Assembly: GCA_965263035.1 (NCBI GenBank)
Contig: OZ253580.1
Coordinates: 992,001-1,056,000, forward strand
Length of the DNA: 64,000 nt
DNA from: Acidobacteriota bacterium
GTDB taxonomy: Bacteria > Acidobacteriota > UBA6911 > RPQK01 > JAJDTT01
Direction: 5' to 3'
Shown here: positions 40,065-49,901 of the stretch, one piece after another
How the letters are laid out: each line of letters starts with the position of its first letter
How positions within the stretch are numbered: the stretch's first letter is position 1
The notes under the pieces: model-generated
The model's input: only the letters and a program-made list of their open reading frames with translations
The model's database searches: none
What the model was told of the DNA's origin: nothing
Position numbers and translations under genes: made by a program

Positions 40065-41053
40065 GCACGGGCAAGACCCATGCGGCGATCGCCCTGGGTG
40101 TGGAGGGCTGCCGTCGCGGTTACCGGGTGTTGTTCTCGACGGCGGCCCAGCTGGTGAACCAACTGGTGGAAGCGCGGGAGGAGCGGACCCTGGAACGACT
40201 GCAGCGGCGCCTCGACCGCTTTTCGCTTCTGATCGTGGACGAGCTCGGCTACATCCCCTTCTCTCAGGAAGGGGCGCAGCTCCTGTTCCAGGTCTTTGCC
40301 AACCGCTACGAGAGGGCTTCGCTGCTGGTGACCTCGAACCTGGCCTTTGCGGAGTGGATCCAGGTGTTCCTGGATGCTCCCCTGACGGCGGCATTGCTGG
40401 ACCGTTTGACGCATCATTGGCACATTCATGAGTTCGACTGGGAGAGTCTCCGCTTGGCCGAGAGCTTGAAACGGCAGCAGAAGAAACGGCGCCCAACCGC
40501 CGGATGGCCGCCGGACCTCCCGGTGACCGTGGGGAAGGAAACCCATCCCGAGGAGGGTCGGTAGTGTCCTCGGGGCTGGCCTCTGTCGGGGAGCCCAGGG
40601 CTCGCTGTTCAAGACCCCCGTCGGGTCCCAGTCGTCGGGATACCAACAGGAAGAATAGAAAATCTCTGGAGTTTTGGACTTATTTTTTTGCCCTGTGGTG
40701 GGTCACTTTTGCGTGATCACGCCGGGTCACTTTTGCATTGACGTTTCCAGTAGATAGACTGTCTAGTTACAGATTAGTCTTTCAGGAGTAGGACTTGCTT
40801 GCCTTGGACCTGCAGAATTCGTGTGATTCAGACTCTTACTTCCGCGGAAGGCACTCTGGATGATATCTTGGGAATTATCCGCTGGTATTGGGGCCATTTT
40901 CTCTGCTGGATGAATCCTGTACACCAACCTGCCGGAGAAGCTCCACGTCGCTGAGTCCGCTAGAACGGTCCCAGAGTGACGTCCGGTCACGAGTAGGAGC
41001 TGCTGGAAGTCACATGATGTTGGAAAGGCGTCGTCGTCGAGTCGTGCGCCTGC

Positions 41054-41500
41054 TTGCAAGACGAACCAGAAAAACCCGATGTTACGAAGCGTGAGATTAG
41101 AAGGAGGCCGACTCAAGTCTCGGTTTTGTTGCTCCCCCTCCTTCGCAGTGGCTGGCATTTGAATCAAGCTCCCTTCTTCTTTGAGGACCATTATGAGCGT
41201 TCAGGTGTCTCGTTCCGGTGTAATAGATCGGCCACAGGTGAGAAATACCTGATTGAAACCATGGGTGGGGGAGTCGGGCTGCTGGACTACGACTTCGATG
41301 GCATCCTCGACATTTTGTTGCGAACGGTTCTCACCTGCCCCAGGGATTAGTGGATACCAAGGAGGGCAAATATTCGAATCGTCTCTATCGCGGTCTCGGC
41401 AATGGAAAATTTGAGGACACCACTCGAGTGGCGGGATTGGCGGCGAGCACATAAGCCATGGGTGTGGCCACGGGTGACTACAACAACGACGGCTACCCTG
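41054..41500 (+). pseudogene. CRTAC1-family N-terminal relic
   Basis: EKYLIETMGGGVGLLDYDFDGILDI, then frameshifted MGVATGDYNNDGYP. Confidence 0.75.
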
Positions 41501-41539
41501 GGAACCATCCACCTTTCGACGGGGAATCTCTAATGGGAG

Positions 41540-41900
41540 ATTCGTCGTAACGACGAAGCGCTGTCAGCGTTGCAAAAAGGCATCGAAAAGGACTCGCATA
41601 AACCGCTCTCCCTTTATCAGATCGGGGATATACTGTTGCTCCGAGGCAAGTTGGAACAGGCAGAGGTATACCTGTCTCGAGCGCTGGGCCTGGACCCGGA
41701 GACGATAGAGGCTCTTTTGGCCATGGCAGGCGTCTGTAGCTTGAAACGTGACTGCGAGGAATCCGTGAAGCATTTGAAAGCAGCCGCGAAGCTGCGCCCG
41801 AATGACCCTCAGTTTCATTTTCGGTTATAGGAAACCTATCGAAATCTGGCCCCCCTCCGGACGCCCAGAGCGAATTAAACCTTTGCCGAGAGTTGAACGC
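41540..41900 (+). pseudogene. TPR protein C-terminal relic, similar to 3418-5034
   Basis: LYQIGDILLLRGKLEQAEVYLSRALGLDP parallels VYQIGDILFMKGKVEQAEGHFLKALDLDP; stops present. Confidence 0.7.
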
Positions 41901-42063
41901 CGCACAGGAAAAGCCGTGACTTTCCTTTCGCGAAAAAGACGGCCTTGAAACCGTCGACAGGGAGCTGATGCCAAGGTAACCCAAAAGCCGATAGGCTTCG
42001 CTTCCATTGGAATCGGGCAGACCACAATTTGGGTCAAGATCGATCGCTCAATTGTAGACTTCC

Positions 42064-43053
42064 ATGAAGAGACGCTCTCTCACGTTGCTCGTCAACGCAC
42101 CCTTGGAGGAAGACCAGCGGAAGCGCATTCGAGACCTGGGAGTGCACTTGTTGGATGGGCTTTCGGAAGAGAGTCTGAGGGCAGCTGAGGTCATTTATAC
42201 GACGCGCATCCCCTTTGAGCCTCGCCAAGCGCCTCGGCTTCGCTGGATTCAACTCAATACGGTGGCCGTCGACCACATCTTGACCGGCGCTGTGGCAACA
42301 ATGGGAGTGCGGATAGCCAACGTTCGGGGTGCCTACAGCGTAGCCGTGGCTGAGTTGGCGGTGGGAGCGATGGTGGCGCTGAGTCGCCGTTTCCGGAGTG
42401 CTCATTCTCTACAGCTTCAAAATCGGTGGCCCGATGACTTCACCCCGCTTAGGGGCGAGAATTCCTACGGCAAAACATTGTCCATTGTCGGGTATGGGAG
42501 CATCGGGCGTCATCTGGCTCGAATCGTCACGGGCATGGGGATGAGAGTGCTCGCCTGCAAGCGGCACCCTGAACAGAAAAAGGACGAAGGTTTCTATCTG
42601 CCCAATACAGGGGATCCCGAAGGGCTCCTTCCCGACAAATGGTTTGGGCTCAGAAATATCGGTGAGATGTTGTCTGTCAGCGACGTCCTCGTAATCTGCC
42701 TTCCGTTGACCCCGGATACCAGGAGTGTAATCGGACAGTTGGAACTGGCCAGGCTACCCCGCAACGCCTATCTGATCAACGTGGGTCGGGGTGAAGTGGT
42801 CGCGGAAGAAGCCTTATTGGACGTGTTGAGAACGCACCGCATTGCCGGAGCGGCATTTGATGTCTTTCCTGAAGAGCCCCTGCCTGCAGGTAGCCCCTTC
42901 TGGGGACTACCCAACACGATTATCCTACCCCATATCGGCTCGTTCACTCGCGAGCAGGGGCACTTGGCCGGCGAAGTCCTGATTGAGAACTTGACCAGGG
43001 ACCTTTCCCAGGCGCCGCTGTTAAACCTGATTGATCCCCAACGGGGTTACTAG
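42064..43053 (+). CDS. D-2-hydroxyacid dehydrogenase
   Basis: IVGYGSIG, LPLTPDT, INVGRG, DVFPEEPL and PHIG. Confidence 0.93.
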   Translation: MKRRSLTLLVNAPLEEDQRKRIRDLGVHLLDGLSEESLRAAEVIYTTRIPFEPRQAPRLRWIQLNTVAVDHILTGAVATMGVRIANVRGAYSVAVAELAVGAMVALSRRFRSAHSLQLQNRWPDDFTPLRGENSYGKTLSIVGYGSIGRHLARIVTGMGMRVLACKRHPEQKKDEGFYLPNTGDPEGLLPDKWFGLRNIGEMLSVSDVLVICLPLTPDTRSVIGQLELARLPRNAYLINVGRGEVVAEEALLDVLRTHRIAGAAFDVFPEEPLPAGSPFWGLPNTIILPHIGSFTREQGHLAGEVLIENLTRDLSQAPLLNLIDPQRGY

Positions 43054-43146
43054 AATCGGAGTCCTTGACGTGGGGCATTACGGCGGCAGTTTCCGACTCC
43101 TAGTTCAATCCTTTACGGTTTCTTGTATTCAGTTCTCCGTCGCTAG

Positions 43147-45179
43147 CCGGAACTTCACTTCCGAAATTCGTCTAATCGTTTGTATGTCAGGAAGATAGAC
43201 GAAATCAACCTGCCCAATTACTGGCACCAAATCGGGTCGGGTTGACGTCGAGCAGCTCGAAAGCCTTCGCCTGCAGCGGCGTCGGCTTGGCGAACATCGG
43301 AAACGGATGCTCCGGCGCGTCCGGCAGGGTCACCTGGTTCAGGGTGAGCGTACCGAGATCGGCCAGCAGCGTCCGGAGGCTATGCACGGGGAGCCCGTCA
43401 GCCGTCCGTTTGCGTCCGGCCTTGGTCTTCGTGCGCTCGGAGACCTGCGCCTTTTCCACCGGTGAGGTCCGCAATGCTCGCGCCCCGGACCGATCCTCCT
43501 CCTCGAACAGCAGCGGCGCCAGACGCTGCTTCAGGTGCCATTGCAGGTAGTACGCCAGCAGACACAGAAAGACGTGCCCGCGCACATGATCCTCGCTGTA
43601 GACGAAGACCGGGCGCAGGGCCAACTGCGCCGTCTTGAGCAAACGAAACGCCCGCTCCACCTGGGAGAGGCTCTTGTACGCCTCCACCGCCTCCGCAGCC
43701 CCGATGTCGGAGGCCTCCAGGCTAGTGCGAATGATGTAGATGCCATCCAGTTGGGCCTCCGCATCGATCTTCTCCTGGCGCCTGGACCAGCGGATGTCAT
43801 CGTCGGTCACCTCGATCAAGAAGTGTTTGTCCACCTTCTTGCGGCTGACGTCCCGGCCCACCCGGCGGTTGATCGCCTCCCGGCCGCGTAGCCGAGCGTG
43901 GGGGGAGCGCACGGCGCTGGCGATGGTCTCCAGGATCTTCTCGGTCGCGCACAGCAGGTCCTCGCGCTTGCGGGCCCGTTCCTGACGCAGGCGGGGATTG
44001 AGGCAGACCAGCAACCGTTCGCCGGGAAACTCCGGGCTCAGGATCTCCGCGATCCCGTCCGGAACCAACTCGCCCGGTCGTAGCGGAGCCGGTTCCTCGC
44101 CCTTCCCACCCGATTTGGGCGGCCGCATCAGCTTGCGGATGGCGTCCGTTCTCAAGGCCGAGATCCAGGCCAGACCGGCCGGATCGAGGTCTTTGCGCAG
44201 CCGCGCCGTGGTGAGCATGCCGCGGTCCCCGACCAAAGCGATGGATTCGATGCCGAAGCGCCCCTGGATCTTCTTGCCCTGCGCCGCCACCGTGCTGGGA
44301 TCCCCGGTGTTGCCCGGGAACACCTCCACGGACAGCGGGCAACCGTCCCCGGCGCAGAGCAGGCCGAAGACGATCTGCTTCTTACCTTTCTTTCCGTCGC
44401 GGTTGTGGCCGAATGCAGCCAGGGAACAGCAGCGCCCCTCGAGATAGCTGGAGGAGACGTCATAAAGCAAAAGTGTCCGGCCCTCCAGGTGCCGTCGCGC
44501 CAGGCTCTTCTCGATCCAGACCTGGCGGCGCAGCAACCAGTCGAGCATCGCCAGCATCTCGTTGCCGCGGACCGGACCGAGGCCGAGGAGAGGACCGAGG
44601 CTGCTGGTGGCGGTCTCAGGAGACAGGCTCCGGGCGGTGGCGAGCTTGGAGGCGGGTTGGAACACCCGGGCGACGATGGCGGCGAGGGCGAGGTCGCGGT
44701 TGCGGCTGCGTTTCCGGTGCAGGAGGCGTTCCAGACCGAGTTGGCGGCCGAGACCGAGGAGGGCGGCGACATGGCCATGGGGCAGAGCGCGGCGAATGGA
44801 GAGGGACTCGTCCAGGGGACGATAGACTTGGCCCCCCTTGAGCAGGGCGCGGATACCGTCGACGATCTCCGGGGGGAGTTTGGAGAGGTTGGCGAGGGTG
44901 GTGCGGCGGATGCGCTTGCCCTCGCGTTTGGCGTGGCGGAAGAGGATGGCGGGTGGGCTGTTGCGGTTGGGGATGACATCGACGTGGTAGGACATGGTGC
45001 AGTGGACTATTACATGGAAACACTAACGATCACTGATATCCCTACAATACAGGGATATACTGACATTATACAGGAACAAATACATGGAAACAGAAATCCA
45101 GTTGGAGACTGGGCTTAGGGAGCCGTAAACGGCGCCATTTCAATGATTTGCTATGGCTTGAGGGACAGTGAAGTTCCGG
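43147..45179 (-). mobile_element. IS1634-family element
   Basis: Perfect IRs CCGGAACTTCACT / AGTGAAGTTCCGG flanked by CTAG at 43143-43146 and 45180-45183. Confidence 0.9.
43205..44995 (-). CDS. IS1634-family DDE transposase
   Basis: LYDVSSSYLEG, FGHNRDGK, VGDRGM, LDGIYIIRT, YKSLSQVERAFR and VRGHVFLC. Confidence 0.93.
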   Translation of the reverse strand: MSYHVDVIPNRNSPPAILFRHAKREGKRIRRTTLANLSKLPPEIVDGIRALLKGGQVYRPLDESLSIRRALPHGHVAALLGLGRQLGLERLLHRKRSRNRDLALAAIVARVFQPASKLATARSLSPETATSSLGPLLGLGPVRGNEMLAMLDWLLRRQVWIEKSLARRHLEGRTLLLYDVSSSYLEGRCCSLAAFGHNRDGKKGKKQIVFGLLCAGDGCPLSVEVFPGNTGDPSTVAAQGKKIQGRFGIESIALVGDRGMLTTARLRKDLDPAGLAWISALRTDAIRKLMRPPKSGGKGEEPAPLRPGELVPDGIAEILSPEFPGERLLVCLNPRLRQERARKREDLLCATEKILETIASAVRSPHARLRGREAINRRVGRDVSRKKVDKHFLIEVTDDDIRWSRRQEKIDAEAQLDGIYIIRTSLEASDIGAAEAVEAYKSLSQVERAFRLLKTAQLALRPVFVYSEDHVRGHVFLCLLAYYLQWHLKQRLAPLLFEEEDRSGARALRTSPVEKAQVSERTKTKAGRKRTADGLPVHSLRTLLADLGTLTLNQVTLPDAPEHPFPMFAKPTPLQAKAFELLDVNPTRFGASNWAG

Positions 45180-45607
45180 CTAGCGCACACGGCCGTGTTT
45201 CACGATCTTCGGCAAAGGGCTCAGGAATCCGATAGATCCATATTACTCAGGCTTCTCTCCAAGGATCTCTGAACGTTAAACCGGATGGCCTTTGGAAGGT
45301 CTTTCCGGTTCTCCTGGCGGCAGGCCTCCAAAATGTCCCTATGCTCCCTGAGTTCTTCTTTAACTCGTTGGGCGTCGTGAGTTTGCATGGTGCGATAGCG
45401 GGTGCTACGGTCCCACAGATCATTAAGCAGTTCCAATAGTAGCGGTCGCCGACAGGCTTGGTAGACCTTAAAGTGAAATCTACGGTTGAGGTTAAAGAGC
45501 GAGCGAAAATCATGCCGTTCGGTGGCAGACTTCATCCGAGCAAACAGGGTCTCCATCGTCTTGACATCTCTTTGAGTCAGTCGTTTCGACGCCAATTGTG
45601 CGGCTAG

Positions 45608-48076
45608 TCCTGCCCTATACCCACAAATAGTGCTGGACAAACAAGAATGCCTGTCGTAGTCTCCACGACATGGCAGTTCAGAACCAGATCAAGCGCACCT
45701 TGAGCCGAGAGTTGGATCGTTTGCACGCCGTGATGAGGCGGGAGAAGTTCGCCCACCGGACGGCGCTGGCGGACCGGGTCTGCTCGGAGTTTGGATTTCA
45801 CGATGCCCGAGGGCGGGCGCAACGGAGCGGCTGCCTGAAGGCGCTCCGGGAGCTGGAGGCGGGCGGACGGATTCGTCTGCCGACGCCGCGACGGCGGGTG
45901 AAACATTGCGGGCCCCGAGGACTGGGCCGTGCGGTGCCGGAGCCGGTGGAAGTGCCCGAGACGGTGGACGGCGTGCGGGAGCTGGAGTTGATTCTGGTGG
46001 AGACGGGTCCGCAACGAGCGCTCTGGAACGAGTTGATGGCGCGAGAGCATCCACGGGGCGCGGGGCCGTTGGTGGGTGCTCAACTACGCTATCTGGTGGG
46101 CTCGGCGCACGGCTGGCTGGGGGGCTTGGGGTTCGGGGCGGCGGCGTTGCGGTTGCGGGACCGGGACCGCTGGATCGGATGGGATGAGGAACAACGCCGG
46201 GCGCACCTGCACCGGGTGGTGGGGCTGAGCCGGTTTCTGATCCGTCCGTCAGTGAGGTGTCGTAATCTGGCCTCCCGGGTGCTGGGGGAGGTGTTGCGGC
46301 GGCTGGGTCCGGAGTTCCAGGCGCGCTACGGCTACCGTCCCTGGCTGGTGGAGACCTTCGTGGAGACGGCTCGCCACGATGGGGCCAGTTTGCGCGCCAC
46401 GAACTGGAGGGTTCTGGGGCAGACGCAGGGTCGAGGCCGGCAAGATCGGGCGCACCGGGGTGCGGAGACGAGCAAGGCGATCTATGGGTATGAGTTGTGC
46501 CGGGATTGGCGTCGGCGGTTGGGGGTGGGACCGGCGCCGAGGCGGGGAGTGGAACCGATGTCGGAGGGCGAGGGACTGGAGGGAGAGGGCTGGGCTCAGC
46601 AGGAGTTGGGCGGGGCGCCGCTGGGAGACCGGCGCTTGAGTCGGCGACTGGTGGAGAGTGCGCACCGTCAGGCGCAGGAGCCGGGGCGGGCGTTCACGGG
46701 AGTGGCGCGGGGCGATCCGGCGGCGGTCAAGGGATACTACCGGCTGATCGACCAGCCGGAAGCCTCGGCGGTGACGGTGTCCAACATCCTGGCCCCGCAC
46801 CGGGAGCGGACCCGGCAGCGGATGCAGGGGCAGCGGACGGTGCTGTGCATCCAGGACGGGAGCGATCTGAACTTCACGCGGCACGGCCGGTGTGAGGGAC
46901 TGGGGGTGATCGGGCGCAACCAGACGGGAGCGACGGCGCGGGGACTGCATCTGCACGCGACGCTGGTGGTGAGTGAGACGGGGCTGCCGCTGGGGGTGTT
47001 GCGGGCGAAGCTGGACGCGCCGAAGCCGGGACCGGTGGCCACGCGGAAAAAGAAGAAGACGTATCGCTGGATCGAGGGACTTCGGGACTGCGCCGAGGTG
47101 TCGCGGTCCCTCGACGGGGTGCGGGTGGTCAGCGTGGTGGACCGGGAGGCGGATTTTTTCGCACTGTTCGCCGAGCAACGAGCGTCTCCGGAGGTGGAGT
47201 TGCTGGTGCGTGCGAAGCAGGATCGGGTGCTGAAGCGGAAGACCCGGGCGAAGGCGGCCGGGAAAAGCGGGGATCCGGACCAGGAGCAGAAGCGGAAGCT
47301 GTTCGGGCGCCTGCGATCGGCGCCGGTGCGGGCCCGGATGCTGCTGGAGGTGAAGCGTCAGAGTGCGCGGATCAAGGCCAGCAAGCAGGCGGCCCGCCCG
47401 CGGCGGCTGGCGCGGGTGGCACGGATGGAACTGCGCTACGAGACCCTGACGATTCCGGCGCCGCGCGGGAACCCAACCGGCATCCCGTCGCTGAGACTGT
47501 CGGTGGTGCACGCGCGGGAGGTCGCGCCGCCGGCGCAGGGGAAGCGCCTGGAATGGTTCCTGCTCACCACCCTGCCGGTGACCGATGTCGAGACGGCGCA
47601 GCAACTGCTGAGATGGTATGCCCTGCGCTGGCGGGTGGAGGATTATTTCCGGGTGCTCAAGACCGGATGCCGGGTGCAACAGCTCCAGCACCAAACCGCC
47701 GAACGTCTGAAACGGGCCATCGCCATGCACGCCGTCATCGCCTGGCGGATCATGCTGATGACGCTGTTGGGGCGAGAGGACCCGGATCTGCCGGCGCAGT
47801 TGCTGTTTTCCGATCTGGAAATCCGGGTCCTGGGGGCGTTTGCCGCGTCGCGACGATACCCACCGCCGGAAGACCTGGGGGCGGCCGTGCTCGTGCTGGC
47901 CCGCCTGGGAGGATATCTGGCTCGTAAACACGACCCCCCACCCGGGCATCAACTGCTGTGGCAGGGCTACGTCACGCTTTACGGCATGTGTCTGGGCTTC
48001 GCTTTACGAGAAGAAACATGAACGAAACCAGACCCAGGCTAATGTGCCCTGTGCAATATGTGGGTAAAGGGCAGGG
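45608..48076 (+). mobile_element. IS4-family (Tn5/IS50-like) element
   Basis: IRs TCCTGCCCTATACCCACA / CCCTGCCCTTTACCCACA; TSD CTAG at 45604-45607 and 48077-48080. Confidence 0.92.
45670..48021 (+). CDS. DUF4338 (DruA-like) domain fused to an IS4/Tn5 transposase
   Basis: N-part GAQLRYL, RDRWIGW, SRFLIRP, NLASRVL and LVETFV; C-part LGDRRL, CIQDGS, VVDREAD, EWFLLT, RWRVEDYFRVLKTG and LGGYL..DPPPG. Confidence 0.88.
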   Translation: MAVQNQIKRTLSRELDRLHAVMRREKFAHRTALADRVCSEFGFHDARGRAQRSGCLKALRELEAGGRIRLPTPRRRVKHCGPRGLGRAVPEPVEVPETVDGVRELELILVETGPQRALWNELMAREHPRGAGPLVGAQLRYLVGSAHGWLGGLGFGAAALRLRDRDRWIGWDEEQRRAHLHRVVGLSRFLIRPSVRCRNLASRVLGEVLRRLGPEFQARYGYRPWLVETFVETARHDGASLRATNWRVLGQTQGRGRQDRAHRGAETSKAIYGYELCRDWRRRLGVGPAPRRGVEPMSEGEGLEGEGWAQQELGGAPLGDRRLSRRLVESAHRQAQEPGRAFTGVARGDPAAVKGYYRLIDQPEASAVTVSNILAPHRERTRQRMQGQRTVLCIQDGSDLNFTRHGRCEGLGVIGRNQTGATARGLHLHATLVVSETGLPLGVLRAKLDAPKPGPVATRKKKKTYRWIEGLRDCAEVSRSLDGVRVVSVVDREADFFALFAEQRASPEVELLVRAKQDRVLKRKTRAKAAGKSGDPDQEQKRKLFGRLRSAPVRARMLLEVKRQSARIKASKQAARPRRLARVARMELRYETLTIPAPRGNPTGIPSLRLSVVHAREVAPPAQGKRLEWFLLTTLPVTDVETAQQLLRWYALRWRVEDYFRVLKTGCRVQQLQHQTAERLKRAIAMHAVIAWRIMLMTLLGREDPDLPAQLLFSDLEIRVLGAFAASRRYPPPEDLGAAVLVLARLGGYLARKHDPPPGHQLLWQGYVTLYGMCLGFALREET

Positions 48077-48669
48077 CTAGTCCCTCCAACTCGACGCGAA
48101 TTAGATAAACATCCTCGATTTCCTGAAGAGACAATTCGTTCACATAGGCACCACGATGCGGAATGATACTGATGAACCCTTCCGCCTGTAATTGCTTAAA
48201 CGCTTCACGCAAAGGAATAATACTGATCCCCAATTCCTCGGTTAGCTGCTTCTGGTTTATACGTTCTCCCGGCCTGAACTTTCCGGAGAGAATTGCCTGA
48301 CGAATCTCGTTGAAAGCAATCTCGCTGATCGTCGTGTAATTCATCTGTTCACCTTTTTATTCAAAGCCAAAAAATTCTACACAAAACCGAATTCTTTATT
48401 CAGTCATGACATGATACCAGCCTGTTCACCACCGCGTGGTCCATGCCCACTACCCGATTCTCCTCCATGGCTCTGACCCCTTGCAGCCACAGCACCGTCA
48501 TCTCCGGCTCCGCGGCGCGCGGAGGATTTAGCTCCCTCCCCGTTTCCTCCCTTTCGGGGGAAAATACTCATCCAGCCCTCCCCCTGAAGACCGGGCACTT
48601 CACGTGCTAACGACACCGGCAGGTGACCACGTTGACATACTCTTCGGGTCTTTCTAGACTCTCTCCTCA

Positions 48670-49791
48670 ATGACTGGATCTTTATACTTTATTAGACTCG
48701 CAGGAAATAGTAGACAGCGCGGCCTCCAACACGGGCGCCTTTTGCGTGAGCCCATTCAGACCGCGATCGACTTTTACAGGGAGCTGTTCAACAGACATCT
48801 GGGCATCGACTCAGTCGAAATCCGAAGGAGATCCGCGCGCTTCATCGAACCCACTGCCCGGACCAGTCCCGAGCTCTTGGCCGAGTATGAAGGAATTGCT
48901 GAGGGATCGGGCCAGACTCTGGAAGACATTTTTGCACTCTCTGGCCGTTACGAAATCACTTATGAATCGATTCGACTTGGAGAATGCTCGAACGTATTCG
49001 TAGGTCCTCAGTGCATGGCCCACGGACACACGCTGCTCGGTCAGAATTGGGAGTGGAGGCCGGAGGTGATGGCTTTTCGAGCCGTGATCATCGCCCGCTG
49101 CGACGACCTCCCGGATCACATCATGGTGACCGAATGCGGACAGCCTGGGAAATACGGCCTAAACGAATATGGACTTGGAGTGGCTGAAACCGGCCTTTCC
49201 TGCGCCAGCCAGAGGAGCGTTGGGGACAACCTGTTCGTGGTTGTGATGCGAAAGATGCTGGCTTGCCGGGATCTGGCCCAGGCCCGGCAGATGGTTCATC
49301 GGTATCCTCCGGAAGCCACCATCAGCTTTTTTGCCGCCGACAGTCGAGGTCACGGATTCAATCTGGAGGCTCTCCCCTCCGGGATTGTGGAACGAGAGTT
49401 TTCTGCGGACGAAATCGACTGGCACACGAATCACTCCCGCTTGACGGAGGAGCCGTGTCTGTTTGGAGATAGCTTGATTCGGGGCCGCCGTTGGGAGGAG
49501 TTGATCGATGCCGCGCGTCCTGTCACCGTACCCCTTTTGGGAAGGTGGCTGGCAGACTCAGCGAACGGATACAATTCGATTTGTCGAGCACCCGATCCGG
49601 GGCGAGCCCAGACCCCAACGTTTCTGCAGACGCTCTGCTCAATTGTGCTTGACCTGACGACTCGCGAGATGTGGATCAGCGACGGCCTGTCTTCCCAAAT
49701 GCCTTACCAGCGTGTCGGGTTTGATGAGGAAGAGCGACGTTCATCCTTCTTGGCTAATGACCAGAAAAACATGACCCCAACCGCCACCTGA
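48670..49791 (+). CDS. C45-family Ntn hydrolase (acyl-CoA:6-APA acyltransferase-like)
   Basis: RGLQHG, EYEGIAEG, ECS nucleophile site, GQNWEW, GLNEYGL and HTNH. Confidence 0.87.
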   Translation: MTGSLYFIRLAGNSRQRGLQHGRLLREPIQTAIDFYRELFNRHLGIDSVEIRRRSARFIEPTARTSPELLAEYEGIAEGSGQTLEDIFALSGRYEITYESIRLGECSNVFVGPQCMAHGHTLLGQNWEWRPEVMAFRAVIIARCDDLPDHIMVTECGQPGKYGLNEYGLGVAETGLSCASQRSVGDNLFVVVMRKMLACRDLAQARQMVHRYPPEATISFFAADSRGHGFNLEALPSGIVEREFSADEIDWHTNHSRLTEEPCLFGDSLIRGRRWEELIDAARPVTVPLLGRWLADSANGYNSICRAPDPGRAQTPTFLQTLCSIVLDLTTREMWISDGLSSQMPYQRVGFDEEERRSSFLANDQKNMTPTAT

Positions 49792-49901
49792 TCACATTCG
49801 CCACCGAGCGTCGATGGGCTGAGCCTGTTGCTCTTCTCCTTCCTTCGTTCCGTTGCTCGTTCACGCACGCTCGGAATATGTGCATCCGAGGAGTAGAGGC
49901 G

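Larger units (their letters stand above)
37149..40564 (+). pseudogene. istB: IS21 helper ATPase IstB split by an insertion in Walker A (37149-37485 + 40065-40564)
   Basis: LKQLRLPAM..ARFP..ENLVLLGRP | GTGKTHAAIALG..LLIVDELGY..TSN..LLDRLTHH. Rejoined ORF is 837 nt and in frame. Confidence 0.92.
35532..40749 (+). mobile_element. IS21-family element (about 2.64 kb native) carrying a nested 2579-bp insertion
   Basis: TG...CA ends; imperfect IRs TGATATCGCTAACGTAAAAGTGACC / TGGAAACGTCAATGCAAAAGTGACC; GGGTCACTTTTGC repeated twice at the right end; 6-bp TSD GTAGAT at 35526-35531 and 40750-40755. Confidence 0.93.
45221..48344 (-). pseudogene. GntR (FCD) regulator split by an IS4-family element (48344-48077 + 45603-45221)
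   Basis: IRQAILSGKFRPGERI..LGISIIPLREA..RVELEGL|AAQLASKRL..NRRFH..EHRDILEA. Rejoined 651-nt ORF is in frame. Confidence 0.92.

Noticed and set aside
39594-40646. 350-aa minus-strand ORF as one real gene
   Set aside because: The N-terminal ~190 aa are antisense istB and low complexity; only the part inside the element (to 40064) looks protein-like.
45670-46520. Druantia defence system
   Set aside because: Only a DUF4338-like domain inside an IS; no DruE helicase or other dru genes are present.
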